NCBI GenBank assembly: GCA_945902975.1
Contig: CAMDNL010000001.1
Coordinates: 247 to 64,246 of the forward strand
Length of the DNA: 64,000 nt
Reading direction: 5' to 3'
Source of the DNA: Chitinophaga pinensis
Lineage (GTDB): Bacteria > Bacteroidota > Bacteroidia > Chitinophagales > Chitinophagaceae
Every line of letters begins with the position of its first letter. The stretch's first letter is position 1. Shown here piece after piece: positions 37,960 through 47,754 of this stretch. The translations under genes and the position numbers were made by a program. The notes beneath the pieces are model-generated. The model searched no databases, was not told the DNA's origin, and worked only from the letters and a program-made list of their open reading frames with translations.

Positions 37960-39312
37960 TTATGCAGGTACATGAATTGGATCTGCATAGTGTTGTAAAC
38001 CGAAATTGCTTGTTTGTGATAAAACTGGGTTATTGATATGCCACTCAAATTCATCACGGAAATGACGAATCGCCGCAGCAACAGGCCATGCAGCTGCATC
38101 ACCTAGTGGACAAATGGTATTCCCTTCTATCTTTCTTTGAATATCCCATAGCAAATCAATGTCCGCGATTGTGCCATGACCATGTTCAATCTTGTGTAAT
38201 ATTTTTTCCATCCAACCAGTGCCTTCTCTACATGGAGAACATTGGCCACAGCTTTCATGACGGTAAAAACGTGCTAAGGTCAATGTGTTTTTTACAATAC
38301 ATTGATCCTCGTCTAATACAATGAAACCACCAGAACCTAACATAGAGCCTGTTGCAAATCCACCATCACTTAAACTTTCGTAGTTCATGTAACGTGTTTC
38401 GCCAGTAGCTGTTTTTAATAATAAATTAGCAGGTAAGATGGGCACAGAGGATCCTCCTGGGATACATGCTTTTAATTGCTTACCGCCTTTAATGCCTCCG
38501 CAATATTCGTCGCTATAAATAAATTCTTCTACAGATATGGTCATATCAATTTCATACACCCCTGGCTTATTGATATTGCCACAGGCCGAAATTAATTTTG
38601 TTCCAGTGGATCTTCCAATACCAATCTTTGCGTATTCTTCTCCACCCATATTAATGATTGGTACGATTGCAGCCAATGTCTCTACATTGTTCACCACGGT
38701 TGGACGTTGCCATACACCTTGTATTGCAGGGAACGGAGGTTTAATACGTGGGTTACCACGCTTGCCTTCTAAAGACTCAATCAATGCAGTTTCCTCACCA
38801 CAGATATATGCCCCTGCACCACGATGTACATAAATATTACATTCAAACCCTGTTCCTAAAATATTTTTTCCTAACCAACCATTTGCTTTTGCTTCATTGA
38901 TGGCTTCCTCTAAAATATCCGTAATCCAAGCATACTCCCCTCTGATATAAATGTAAGTATCATTAGCACCTAAAGCAAAACTTGACACAATCAATCCTTC
39001 CAATAATAAATGCGGTAAAAATTCCATTAAATAACGATCCTTAAATGTGCCTGGCTCGCTTTCGTCTGCATTACAAACCAAGTGACGTGGCACGCCTTCT
39101 GGCTTTGCAATAAAACTCCATTTCATACCTGTTGGAAAACCTGCACCACCTCTTCCTCTTAATCCACTTTTCTTGACCTCCTCCACAATAGATTCGGGAT
39201 TCATTTCCTTCAAAGCTTTTTCTACACTACGGTAACCGCCCTCACGACGATATACTTCATAACCGCGAATCTCCGGTACATTTGCTTTATCTAGTAATAG
39301 TTTTACACCCAT
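37960..39312 (-). CDS. nuoF: NADH-quinone oxidoreductase subunit F
   Basis: GRGGAGFPTGMKW, NADESEPG, GAGAYICGEE and ESCGQCSPCREG. Confidence 0.97.
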   Translation of the reverse strand: MGVKLLLDKANVPEIRGYEVYRREGGYRSVEKALKEMNPESIVEEVKKSGLRGRGGAGFPTGMKWSFIAKPEGVPRHLVCNADESEPGTFKDRYLMEFLPHLLLEGLIVSSFALGANDTYIYIRGEYAWITDILEEAINEAKANGWLGKNILGTGFECNIYVHRGAGAYICGEETALIESLEGKRGNPRIKPPFPAIQGVWQRPTVVNNVETLAAIVPIINMGGEEYAKIGIGRSTGTKLISACGNINKPGVYEIDMTISVEEFIYSDEYCGGIKGGKQLKACIPGGSSVPILPANLLLKTATGETRYMNYESLSDGGFATGSMLGSGGFIVLDEDQCIVKNTLTLARFYRHESCGQCSPCREGTGWMEKILHKIEHGHGTIADIDLLWDIQRKIEGNTICPLGDAAAWPVAAAIRHFRDEFEWHINNPVLSQTSNFGLQHYADPIHVPA

Positions 39313-39340
39313 TTGAATATTTTTAACGCGTTCAGTGATT

Positions 39341-39838
39341 TTATTTTGTTACAGTTGCTCTGTATTCAGCAATAATGCTGTCTACCTTTTCTTTGGTTAA
39401 ATGTTCTCTAAAAATCTTACCCACTTGCATCATTGGTGCGTATCCACAAGCACCAAGACATTCTACTAATTTTAAAGTAAACACACCATCCTTGGTGGTC
39501 TCTCCTGGCTTGATGGCTAATTGTTGTTGGATATAAGCAATGATGTCATCTGATCCACTAATCATACAAGGCCCTGTTTGGCATACTTCAAAAATGAATT
39601 TTCCAACAGGCTTTAAATTAAACATGCTGTAAAAACTTGCCACTTCATACACTTCGATCGGCTCAATATGTAATAAACTAGCAACGTAGTCCATTAACTC
39701 CGTAGGCAACCAACCATCGAAACTGTCTTGCGCAAGATGCAAGGCAGGCAACAATGCACTTTTTTGTTTCCCTTCCGGATAATGTGCTACCAAGCGGTTC
39801 AGCTCGGCCATTTGTGTTTCATTAAAAGTATAGGTCAT
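39341..39838 (-). CDS. nuoE: NADH-quinone oxidoreductase subunit E
   Basis: VASFYSMF, CQTGPC and ECLGACGYAP. Confidence 0.96.
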   Translation of the reverse strand: MTYTFNETQMAELNRLVAHYPEGKQKSALLPALHLAQDSFDGWLPTELMDYVASLLHIEPIEVYEVASFYSMFNLKPVGKFIFEVCQTGPCMISGSDDIIAYIQQQLAIKPGETTKDGVFTLKLVECLGACGYAPMMQVGKIFREHLTKEKVDSIIAEYRATVTK

Positions 39839-39858
39839 ATCGAAAATTTCTTTTTTTA

Positions 39859-41082
39859 TTATGCGTCTAATTCTCCAGCAATCAAATTCAAACTACTCAT
39901 GGTCACCACGGCGTCACTTAACATACCGCCTTTAATCAATTCAGTATAGGCTTGATAGTAAATAAAACAAGGTCTTCTAAAATGCAATCTAAACGGCGTT
40001 CTTCCACCATCACTGATTAAATAAAAACCTAGTTCTCCATTACCACCTTCTACTGGGCAATAAATTTGTCCTTTTGGTAAATCAATCTCCCCCATGATAA
40101 TTTTAAAATGCCAAATCAATGCTTCCATCTTTGTATACACATCTTCTTTTTTAGGAAGATAATATTCAGGCACATCCGCGTGGAAAACTTCTGCATCTGC
40201 GCCTTTGAAAGCTTGCACTTTTTCATAAGCTTGTCTGATGATAGAAATACTCTCCCACATTTCTGCATTACGCACTAAAAAACGATCATAGTTGTCTCCC
40301 GTTGTTCCAACAGGTACGGTGAAATTAAAATCTTGGTAGCTGCTATAAGGTTGGTGCACACGCACATCGTAGTCTACCCCTGCTGCTCTTAAATTTGGAC
40401 CTGTAAATCCATAATTCATGGCACGCTCAGCACTGATACCACCCGTGCCTTGTGTACGCTCCATAAAAATTCTATTTCTTGTAAACAAGCTCTCAAATTC
40501 TTTAAGCACTTTTGGATATTCGTTTAGGAACTTCTCCAACTTAGTGAAAGCAGTGTTGGTGAAATTTCTTTCAAAGCCACCTATACGTCCCATATTCGTT
40601 GTCAATCTAGATCCGCAGATCTCTTCATAGATTTCATAAATCAATTCGCGATACTGCATCACATATAAAAATCCAGTGTAGGCACCAGTATCTACCCCAA
40701 CAATAGAATTACAAATTAAGTGATCCGAAATACGCGCTAATTCCATAATGATCACACGTAAATAATCGACACGTTTTGGTGTTTCAATATTCAAGAATTT
40801 TTCACAGGTAATATGCCATCCCATATTGTTGATAGGACTACTACAGTAATTCAAGCGATCGGTGATCGTTGTAATTTGATACAAGGGTCTTCTTTCTGCC
40901 AATTTCTCAAATGCACGGTGGATATAGCCAACAGTTTGCTCGGATGAAACGACACGCTCACCGTCCACTTCCATGATATTTTGGAATACACCGTGTGTGG
41001 CAGGATGCGTAGGTCCAATATTTAAAGTGGTCGTGGTTTTCTCGATTGAGCCCTCTGGTAATGTAATGTGATTGTGTTCCAT
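39859..41082 (-). CDS. nuoD: NADH-quinone oxidoreductase subunit D
   Basis: NIGPTHPATHG, GYIHRAFEK and GELG. Confidence 0.96.
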   Translation of the reverse strand: MEHNHITLPEGSIEKTTTTLNIGPTHPATHGVFQNIMEVDGERVVSSEQTVGYIHRAFEKLAERRPLYQITTITDRLNYCSSPINNMGWHITCEKFLNIETPKRVDYLRVIIMELARISDHLICNSIVGVDTGAYTGFLYVMQYRELIYEIYEEICGSRLTTNMGRIGGFERNFTNTAFTKLEKFLNEYPKVLKEFESLFTRNRIFMERTQGTGGISAERAMNYGFTGPNLRAAGVDYDVRVHQPYSSYQDFNFTVPVGTTGDNYDRFLVRNAEMWESISIIRQAYEKVQAFKGADAEVFHADVPEYYLPKKEDVYTKMEALIWHFKIIMGEIDLPKGQIYCPVEGGNGELGFYLISDGGRTPFRLHFRRPCFIYYQAYTELIKGGMLSDAVVTMSSLNLIAGELDA

Positions 41083-41116
41083 TGTATATTTAGTTATACC
41101 TTGATTTTATATTTAA

Positions 41117-41623
41117 TTATCCTCTACCAAACATTTCGTCATCCTTGTCAATTCTAGTTTGATCCTCTAATGGAAATTCTTTTCTTAATGGGAAATAATC
41201 CATTTCATCTACATTCAAAATACGTTTCAAATTAGGATGACCTACAAAGTTGATTCCAAAAAAATCGTAGGTCTCACGCTCCATCCAATTAGCGGATTCA
41301 AATAATTTAGTGGCCGTATACACATCTGTATTTTCCAATGAAGTACTTACAGAATAACGTACTCTGATATTCTCTTTTAAATTATGTAGATGATACACCA
41401 CCACTAATTCTGCTCCTTTTTGATTAGGATAGTTGACTGCACAGATATCTGTTAAAAATGTAAATTCTAAACTTGGCTCATCATATAAAAATTGTAACAC
41501 TTTCAAATTCATTTCCTTTGGAGATTCAAAAGAAAGCATGCCATAACTAGTTGCAAATTGCGACACTTGATCGCCAAATTTTGCAATTAATTTTTCTTGA
41601 ACCATTTCGTTACTTAACGACAT
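41117..41623 (-). CDS. nuoC: NADH-quinone oxidoreductase subunit C
   Basis: ANWMERETYDFFGINFVGHPNLKRIL and PLRKEFPL. Confidence 0.96.
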   Translation of the reverse strand: MSLSNEMVQEKLIAKFGDQVSQFATSYGMLSFESPKEMNLKVLQFLYDEPSLEFTFLTDICAVNYPNQKGAELVVVYHLHNLKENIRVRYSVSTSLENTDVYTATKLFESANWMERETYDFFGINFVGHPNLKRILNVDEMDYFPLRKEFPLEDQTRIDKDDEMFGRG

Positions 41624-41644
41624 ATTATAAGAATTAAGTGTTGG

Positions 41645-42232
41645 CTATTGAATGCCATAACTATTTAATAATGCTTTGTATTGTTCGCTATTTCTACGGC
41701 GAATACTTTCTTGTCCAACCAGGTCTTGAATTTTCATAAATCCATCAATAATCGCTTCTGGTCTTGGAGGACAGCCTGGTACATACACGTCAACAGGAAT
41801 CACTTGATCAATTCCTTGCAATACACTATAAGTATCAAAAATACCACCACTAGAAGCACAAGCCCCAACTGCAATTACCCAACGTGGCTCTGCCATTTGG
41901 ATATACACTTGTCTTAACACTGGTGCCATTTTTTTTGCGATGGTACCCATCACCATTAATAAATCACATTGACGTGGAGAGAAGCCTACACGCTCCGAAC
42001 CAAAACGAGATAAGTCATAGTGCGATGCCATTGTAGCCATGAATTCAATACCACAACATGATGTTGCAAAAGGCAAAGGCCATAAAGAATTTTTACGCGC
42101 AAGTCCTACAACAGAACTCAATTGTGTAGCAAAAAATCCATCACCTGGAACACCGTCTGGTGCTTTGCCCATTCCAATTGCATCAGCAATTTCTGCTTCT
42201 TTTGGATGTATGTTAAATCTTACTGGACGCAT
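41645..42232 (-). CDS. nuoB: NADH-quinone oxidoreductase subunit B
   Basis: SCCGIE, SPRQ and PVDVYVPGCPPRPE. Confidence 0.97.
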   Translation of the reverse strand: MRPVRFNIHPKEAEIADAIGMGKAPDGVPGDGFFATQLSSVVGLARKNSLWPLPFATSCCGIEFMATMASHYDLSRFGSERVGFSPRQCDLLMVMGTIAKKMAPVLRQVYIQMAEPRWVIAVGACASSGGIFDTYSVLQGIDQVIPVDVYVPGCPPRPEAIIDGFMKIQDLVGQESIRRRNSEQYKALLNSYGIQ

Positions 42233-42257
42233 AATTTATGCATTATATTTTAAAAAA

Positions 42258-42623
42258 TTAATCTTCCCATTTTAGTGCTCCTTTCTTGATGATGTAGACA
42301 AAGCCTACCAAGAAAAATCCAACAAATAAAACCACTTCGAAAAATCCAGCCCAGCCTAAACTTTTAAAATTGACTGCGTACGGATAAAAGAAAATAACTT
42401 CTACATCAAACAATACAAACAAGATGGCTACTAAAAAATATTTAATGGCCATAGGTGATCTTGCATCTCCATGAGATTCAATTCCACTCGCAAAATTTTC
42501 TAATTTGTCTGATGTTTTTCGGGAAGGGCCTACTAAGCTAGAGACCAAAATCATGATGGCTACAAAGCCACCTGCAAACAATATTTGCAATACGATTGGT
42601 AAGTAATTGGCAGCACTATTCAT
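42258..42623 (-). CDS. nuoA: NADH-quinone oxidoreductase subunit A
   Basis: AILFVLFDVE and KKGALKWE. Start reassigned to ATG 42623. Confidence 0.95.
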   Translation of the reverse strand: MNSAANYLPIVLQILFAGGFVAIMILVSSLVGPSRKTSDKLENFASGIESHGDARSPMAIKYFLVAILFVLFDVEVIFFYPYAVNFKSLGWAGFFEVVLFVGFFLVGFVYIIKKGALKWED

Positions 42624-42644
42624 TTCGAAGTCTTTTAGGTGCCG

Positions 42645-42652
42645 CAAAAATA
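42645..42652 (-). promoter_or_regulatory. -7 promoter element TATTTTTG for the nuo operon
   Basis: TAnnTTTG between the upstream terminator and nuoA. Confidence 0.6.
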
Positions 42653-42672
42653 CGCAAAGGAACTTGTTTAAA

Positions 42673-42704
42673 CTAAAAACTCCCCAATTATGGGGAGTTT
42701 TTAG
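42673..42704. terminator. Terminator after the TPR gene
   Basis: CTAAAAACTCCCCA-ATTA-TGGGGAGTTTTTAG. Confidence 0.85.
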
Positions 42705-42747
42705 CATCTTTTTTTAATCGCCTTTAGAGGACTAAAATCAGGGTGAA

Positions 42748-44502
42748 TTAGTTCTTATTTTCAGTTGGGGTATCTGGGTTAGGCTTTTGATTGCCTTGCA
42801 TCTTTTTCAAGATTTCCCAGTTCTTAACCAAGCTTTCTTTAATTTTTACAGTTTGAGCCTCCCCAGGCATTAGTTCCAATACTTTATCACACATGCCTAT
42901 CGCTTTTTCTAAATCTTTCATTTCATTAAAATAACCCATCATTAGGTAATAAGTGTTGACCAAGCCCTGCTTGTATTTAACAGGATCTTTCAACATAAAC
43001 TCATTTTGTTGGGTTGCCGCTTGAAATACGATGCCTAATTTATTGGCTGTATCAATCAATTGAGCACCTTTTACATTGAATGAATACCCATTTTGACGAT
43101 CAGGGAAAGCAGTGATGTATTGTTTAGCAATTTCAGTGGTAGCAAGGCCATCTTTGGCACTATAAGCAACACTAGATAACTTGTAATAGTACAATTCGTC
43201 TTTGATGCCTCTAAGGTTAAAATAATTCGTATTCCATTTTAAAGCATCTACATACATATTTGATTTTTCAAACATATCTGCGCCTAATTTGTAATATTTC
43301 AATTTATTAACCTTAGCCGTATCTGCTGCAATTGCCTTATCAAGTAGGCCAGCTAACACAGTCTCATTCCCGCTGAATTTAGACAATACTTTTACAGCAA
43401 GTTCATAATCCGTATTAAGGACTTTGTCCGCCGCACTTGTAGTGATAAATTGTTCGATATAGGTTTTAGCCTGAACTGAATCTCCTTTACGGTCATAGTT
43501 GTAAGCCAATAACACGCCAATACGAGGTAAAGCTTTAATTCCAATAGAAGCTTCCATCTCCTTCACTTTTGCCAATGAAGCATCATATTGACCAGCACGG
43601 AACAAATAATCAGCATTGAAGATATCTAAAGCTGGGTCCTTGTCTGCATATTGCAAGAACAAATCAAGATTCGTCTTTGCAGTTTCCGTATTCTTGTCTG
43701 CATAATATTGATACAAGGCAAAATAAGTTGGTGCAAACTTAGGATCTACAGATAAAGACTTTTTAAAATATTCGTCAAATGACTCTAAATTATTTTGTGT
43801 TTGATATACTTTACCAATTCTATAATAAGGATAAGCGTTTTGTGGATCTCTATTGATAGACTCCAAGAATGCAGTTACCGCTTCACCACCATTTTCACCA
43901 CCTAATTTAAGGTAGTTGATACCTAAATTAACAAACATAGTTGGCAACACAGGTGTGCCTTCGTAGGCAGAAATAGTTTCCTTTAATTTGTCTATCGCAT
44001 AACGATGATCGCCAACGGCAGAAGGCACTTCAGAGTGGATATAACCAATGGCATTCACAATTTCTTGACTTGGCTTTCCTTTGAATTTGCCCTTTGTATT
44101 TAAAGTACTTGTAATGGCAACTTCTAAAGTCTGCTTGATCGCATTTAGGTCTGCCTTTTCCCCAGCTTCTAACAATTGCACATGCGCAGTTCCTACTAAA
44201 ATCCATGCATTATTACCTAATTCGTTTGCAGCTTTTTGATACAATTCTTTTGTAGCCTGAACAAACGCTTGATCTGGCGTACCTGCGCCATTTTGAGATA
44301 AGATCGCTTGACCATACCAAAATATGGTTTCTGGATCTTTAGCGTTTTTCTCATATGCATCTTTAAAGAATGCTAAAGCAGATTTGTTCTTTTCGTAACG
44401 CAACAATTTCAATCCCTCGTTTAATGGAGATACAGGTACTTGAGCATTAACTCCAGTTAATGCAAATGATACTGCCAACATCAATACAACCAATTTTTTC
44501 AT
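42748..44502 (-). CDS. Exported tetratricopeptide repeat protein
   Basis: Signal peptide and repeated helical TPR-like units (YYRIGKVY, DPKFAPTY). Confidence 0.8.
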   Translation of the reverse strand: MKKLVVLMLAVSFALTGVNAQVPVSPLNEGLKLLRYEKNKSALAFFKDAYEKNAKDPETIFWYGQAILSQNGAGTPDQAFVQATKELYQKAANELGNNAWILVGTAHVQLLEAGEKADLNAIKQTLEVAITSTLNTKGKFKGKPSQEIVNAIGYIHSEVPSAVGDHRYAIDKLKETISAYEGTPVLPTMFVNLGINYLKLGGENGGEAVTAFLESINRDPQNAYPYYRIGKVYQTQNNLESFDEYFKKSLSVDPKFAPTYFALYQYYADKNTETAKTNLDLFLQYADKDPALDIFNADYLFRAGQYDASLAKVKEMEASIGIKALPRIGVLLAYNYDRKGDSVQAKTYIEQFITTSAADKVLNTDYELAVKVLSKFSGNETVLAGLLDKAIAADTAKVNKLKYYKLGADMFEKSNMYVDALKWNTNYFNLRGIKDELYYYKLSSVAYSAKDGLATTEIAKQYITAFPDRQNGYSFNVKGAQLIDTANKLGIVFQAATQQNEFMLKDPVKYKQGLVNTYYLMMGYFNEMKDLEKAIGMCDKVLELMPGEAQTVKIKESLVKNWEILKKMQGNQKPNPDTPTENKN

Positions 44503-44659
44503 CACAGTGTTTTTGTATTTTATAAAATATACTTATTCCAAAACCCTCATTTCAAGTACCCTTAAGGATTCTACTTTGGGAAGGCTAAAATATTGATTTT
44601 TTTGCAAGAAATCACTTTAAATTTTAGTTAATTCTACTAAAACTTGTTAGCTTTTTTAA

Positions 44660-45559
44660 CTATTCTAGCAAACTATTCCTTTTTTTAAAGCCCATTTTTG
44701 CTGGTACTAAAAACGAACGCTTAAAAATCAACTGCCCTCTTTCTAAGCTTAGAAAATTTAAAAAACCTGTACCGAGGCCTGCTGCATTTTCTTTTAAAAT
44801 ATAATAGATGGGTAAAGTAAGGGGATATTGCGCTTTGCTAATCGTTGCTGGTGATGGTTTTGAAAAATAGCCTTTTTCAATGCATTGTGTACATTCTACT
44901 AAGCCCAATTTTACTTTTTTACGCAATTCAACTTGGGCAGGATCATACCCATCTCCAATCCAGTTCATCCCCACAAACCCAATGGCATCGGGATGTGTAG
45001 CAATATAGTCTATCACTTCTCTACTTCCTTTTGCAGACACCACGTTTTTGCCCAAAGAGACGTCTTTTGCTAAACTATCTTTTAAAAATCGAATGATCCC
45101 TGTTAAATTATTGCCATCCATCACCACTTCTTTGTTGGACTTCCCGGTGAGCCTTTGACTTAAGGCTTCTAAGCTAAATACTGAATCCTTTGCTGATTTA
45201 TGTATCAATACCGCCACTGCATTGTAAGCAAGAATGGCAAAATTTGGATTGAAACTGAGGCTTTTTTTATAGTCCACTTGCTCCTGCTTTGTTAAACCTC
45301 TCGTTACAAAAATCATCCTTGTGCTGTCATTGGCTAAATCTTTGAAGCAATCGATCTCTGATTTATAACTAGCCTCAATCTGAGCCTCGGGATTGCTTGC
45401 TAAAAAGACTTTTAACTGCTCCTCCATAAAGGGTCTAAAACTTTCCTCCACAGAGATGCGAATCAACCCTGAATTTGGAGTATCTCTGGTCTTTTCGGGT
45501 GTGGTATTGCATGAAGCCAATAAGAATACATAGATAAATCCAATTAAAAAGGGGCGCAT
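44660..45559 (-). CDS. PstS-like substrate-binding lipoprotein (PBP superfamily)
   Basis: Lipobox LASC, DTPNSGLIRISVEESF, AIGFVGMNW and GFLNFLSLERGQLIF. Confidence 0.82.
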   Translation of the reverse strand: MRPFLIGFIYVFLLASCNTTPEKTRDTPNSGLIRISVEESFRPFMEEQLKVFLASNPEAQIEASYKSEIDCFKDLANDSTRMIFVTRGLTKQEQVDYKKSLSFNPNFAILAYNAVAVLIHKSAKDSVFSLEALSQRLTGKSNKEVVMDGNNLTGIIRFLKDSLAKDVSLGKNVVSAKGSREVIDYIATHPDAIGFVGMNWIGDGYDPAQVELRKKVKLGLVECTQCIEKGYFSKPSPATISKAQYPLTLPIYYILKENAAGLGTGFLNFLSLERGQLIFKRSFLVPAKMGFKKRNSLLE

Positions 45560-45585
45560 AGTCAATAGGTTGTTGCTTGATAGCA

Positions 45586-45813
45586 TTAATAATCTTGTTT
45601 GATGGCTCTGAATAGCCTAAACCCACCGTAAACCAGGCACAAAGTGCCAAAAATGAGTCTAAAATCATTGTCAATATTCAAGACCATATCCATTTTGAAG
45701 TACTTGGCGCCAAACAAGAGGCCACCGATTCCAAGAATTAGTGTAGACATGGAGAAGTCATAAATACGTCTAAAAAAACGATAAGACCTTTCAGATTTTT
45801 CTCTTTCTTCCAT
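45586..45813 (-). CDS. Small two-TM membrane protein
   Basis: Two hydrophobic helices and the ending YGGFRLFR. ATG at 45813, alternative TTG at 45831. Confidence 0.7.
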   Translation of the reverse strand: MEEREKSERSYRFFRRIYDFSMSTLILGIGGLLFGAKYFKMDMVLNIDNDFRLIFGTLCLVYGGFRLFRAIKQDY

Positions 45814-45893
45814 ATTAGGCAATTTTGACAAGCAAATTAAACAATTAACATGGTAACGATTTAAAAAATTATCTTTACAAACAAATTGAGTTC

Positions 45894-47261
45894 ATGAGTA
45901 AACCTTCTTTACCACAAGGCACAAGAGATTTCAACGCAGCGACTGTTCAAAAAAGACAGTATATCTTCCAAACTATTCGGACGGTATTTGAATTATATGG
46001 ATTTCAGCCACTGGAAACACCCGCCATGGAACAATTGGATACACTGATGGGAAAATACGGAGAGGAAGGTGATAAACTGATTTTTAAAATTTTAAACAAC
46101 GGTTTGGATAACCCACAAAAAGCAGCAGCTACAGGGGAAGGGTTTCAAAAAATATTGGAAGGAAAATCTAGCACTCAAATTACAGAAAGAGCATTAAGGT
46201 ATGATTTAACCATTCCTTTTGCAAGATACGTAGCCATGCATCATGGATCCCTTAGTTTTCCCTTTAAGCGTTACCAAATTCAACCAGTTTGGAGAGCAGA
46301 TCGACCTCAAAAAGGAAGGTATAGAGAGTTCTACCAATGTGACGCGGATATTGTTGGGTCTGATAGCTTATTAAACGAGGTAGAATTAACCGCTATTTAC
46401 TTAACCGTTTTTAAGCAACTACAATTAGAAGTAGCAGTTAAAATAAACAACCGTAAAATATTATTAGGCCTAGCACAGGTTTGTGGTGGAGCCGATAAAA
46501 TGATGGACTTAACCATTGCCATAGATAAATTAGATAAGATAGGCTGGGAGAAGGTTGCAGAGGAATTAGTGCAAAAAGGATTTACTGCAGCACAACAAAA
46601 AACAATTCAAGCTTATTTAGAAATCAAAGGAACCAACGAAGCAAAATTAACGCAACTTGGTCTGCTATTAAAAGGCAATGAAAATGCAACAAAAGGAATT
46701 GAAGAAATACAATTTATTTTAGACTACCATGCTCAAAGCGGATTGGCTAAAAATTTAGTCGCAGATTTTACATTAGCGAGAGGTTTAAATTATTATACAG
46801 GATTGATATTTGAAGTAAAAGCAATCGACGCAGAAATGGGAAGTATTGGTGGCGGAGGAAGGTACAATGACTTAACAAGTTTATTTGGTGTTCCGAATGT
46901 ACCTGGCGTGGGCATTAGCTTTGGCGTGGATCGTATCTATGATGTGCTGGAGGAAAAAAATCTTTTTCCAACATCTGTAGAGCAGACTACTAAAATATTA
47001 TTTTTCAATTTAGGTGATGCAGAATCAAAAGAAGCCTACCAATTAATGGGCACTTTAAGAGCAAAAAAAATTGCTTGTGAAATCTACCCTGACAAGAGTA
47101 AATTCGACAAGCAATTTAAATATGCCGAAAAGAAAGGCATTCCAAATATCATCATCATCGGATCAGATGAATTGAGTAAAAAAGTATGCACTCTAAAAAA
47201 CTTAACCACCGGGACACAACAAACAATTCCATTTGAAGCATTAGCGTCAATGGAATTTTAA
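45894..47261 (+). CDS. hisS: Histidine--tRNA ligase
   Basis: GTRDF, LRYDLTIP, WRADRPQKGRYREFYQCD and ARGLNYYTG. Confidence 0.98.
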   Translation: MSKPSLPQGTRDFNAATVQKRQYIFQTIRTVFELYGFQPLETPAMEQLDTLMGKYGEEGDKLIFKILNNGLDNPQKAAATGEGFQKILEGKSSTQITERALRYDLTIPFARYVAMHHGSLSFPFKRYQIQPVWRADRPQKGRYREFYQCDADIVGSDSLLNEVELTAIYLTVFKQLQLEVAVKINNRKILLGLAQVCGGADKMMDLTIAIDKLDKIGWEKVAEELVQKGFTAAQQKTIQAYLEIKGTNEAKLTQLGLLLKGNENATKGIEEIQFILDYHAQSGLAKNLVADFTLARGLNYYTGLIFEVKAIDAEMGSIGGGGRYNDLTSLFGVPNVPGVGISFGVDRIYDVLEEKNLFPTSVEQTTKILFFNLGDAESKEAYQLMGTLRAKKIACEIYPDKSKFDKQFKYAEKKGIPNIIIIGSDELSKKVCTLKNLTTGTQQTIPFEALASMEF

Positions 47262-47266
47262 ACTAT

Positions 47267-47653
47267 CTAGTAGTTTTGTTTCGTGAAAAATCTAGCATAG
47301 AACTCATCTTCTTTTAACGCTACAGCGCCTGATTCTTTTACGCCTACTAATTCTTGGCCTTGCACCATAATGCTAATTGACTCAACCATTTTGCCATCTT
47401 TTCTTTTGAAAATCACCAATGCATCATATTGTGCTAAATAAAAACTATCCACCCCTTTTTTCTCAAGTGGTGTTGAACCCATTGCAGAATTGATGACTAA
47501 ACTAGAATCTTCTATAGTTATGGTCACTTCAGCTACTGGACTTCCTTCTGCAAAAACATATTTTCCTAAATAATCATTCAATGGACCTTGTTGTGCATTT
47601 ACTGACAAGAAAGCACCCATTAAAATCAAGGTCATAAAGCATAATTTTCTCAT
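47267..47653 (-). CDS. Secreted hypothetical protein (DUF3471-like beta domain)
   Basis: Signal peptide followed by LNDYLGKY and beta-strand pattern. Confidence 0.6.
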   Translation of the reverse strand: MRKLCFMTLILMGAFLSVNAQQGPLNDYLGKYVFAEGSPVAEVTITIEDSSLVINSAMGSTPLEKKGVDSFYLAQYDALVIFKRKDGKMVESISIMVQGQELVGVKESGAVALKEDEFYARFFTKQNY

Positions 47654-47742
47654 AATTGTTGATTTAAGTTTTGAGATGCCTAAAATAGCGCCTTTTATTG
47701 AGTTTTCAATGGAAATAATTGATTGTTAACAGACTGATCAAG

Positions 47743-47750
47743 TATCTTTG
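47743..47750 (+). promoter_or_regulatory. -7 promoter element TATCTTTG for rlmN
   Basis: TAnnTTTG 4 nt before ATG 47755. Confidence 0.65.
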
Positions 47751-47754
47751 CAGC

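Noticed and set aside
44660-45559. Phosphate ABC transporter (pst operon)
   Set aside because: No pstC, pstA, pstB or phoU is nearby; only a PstS-like fold is supported.
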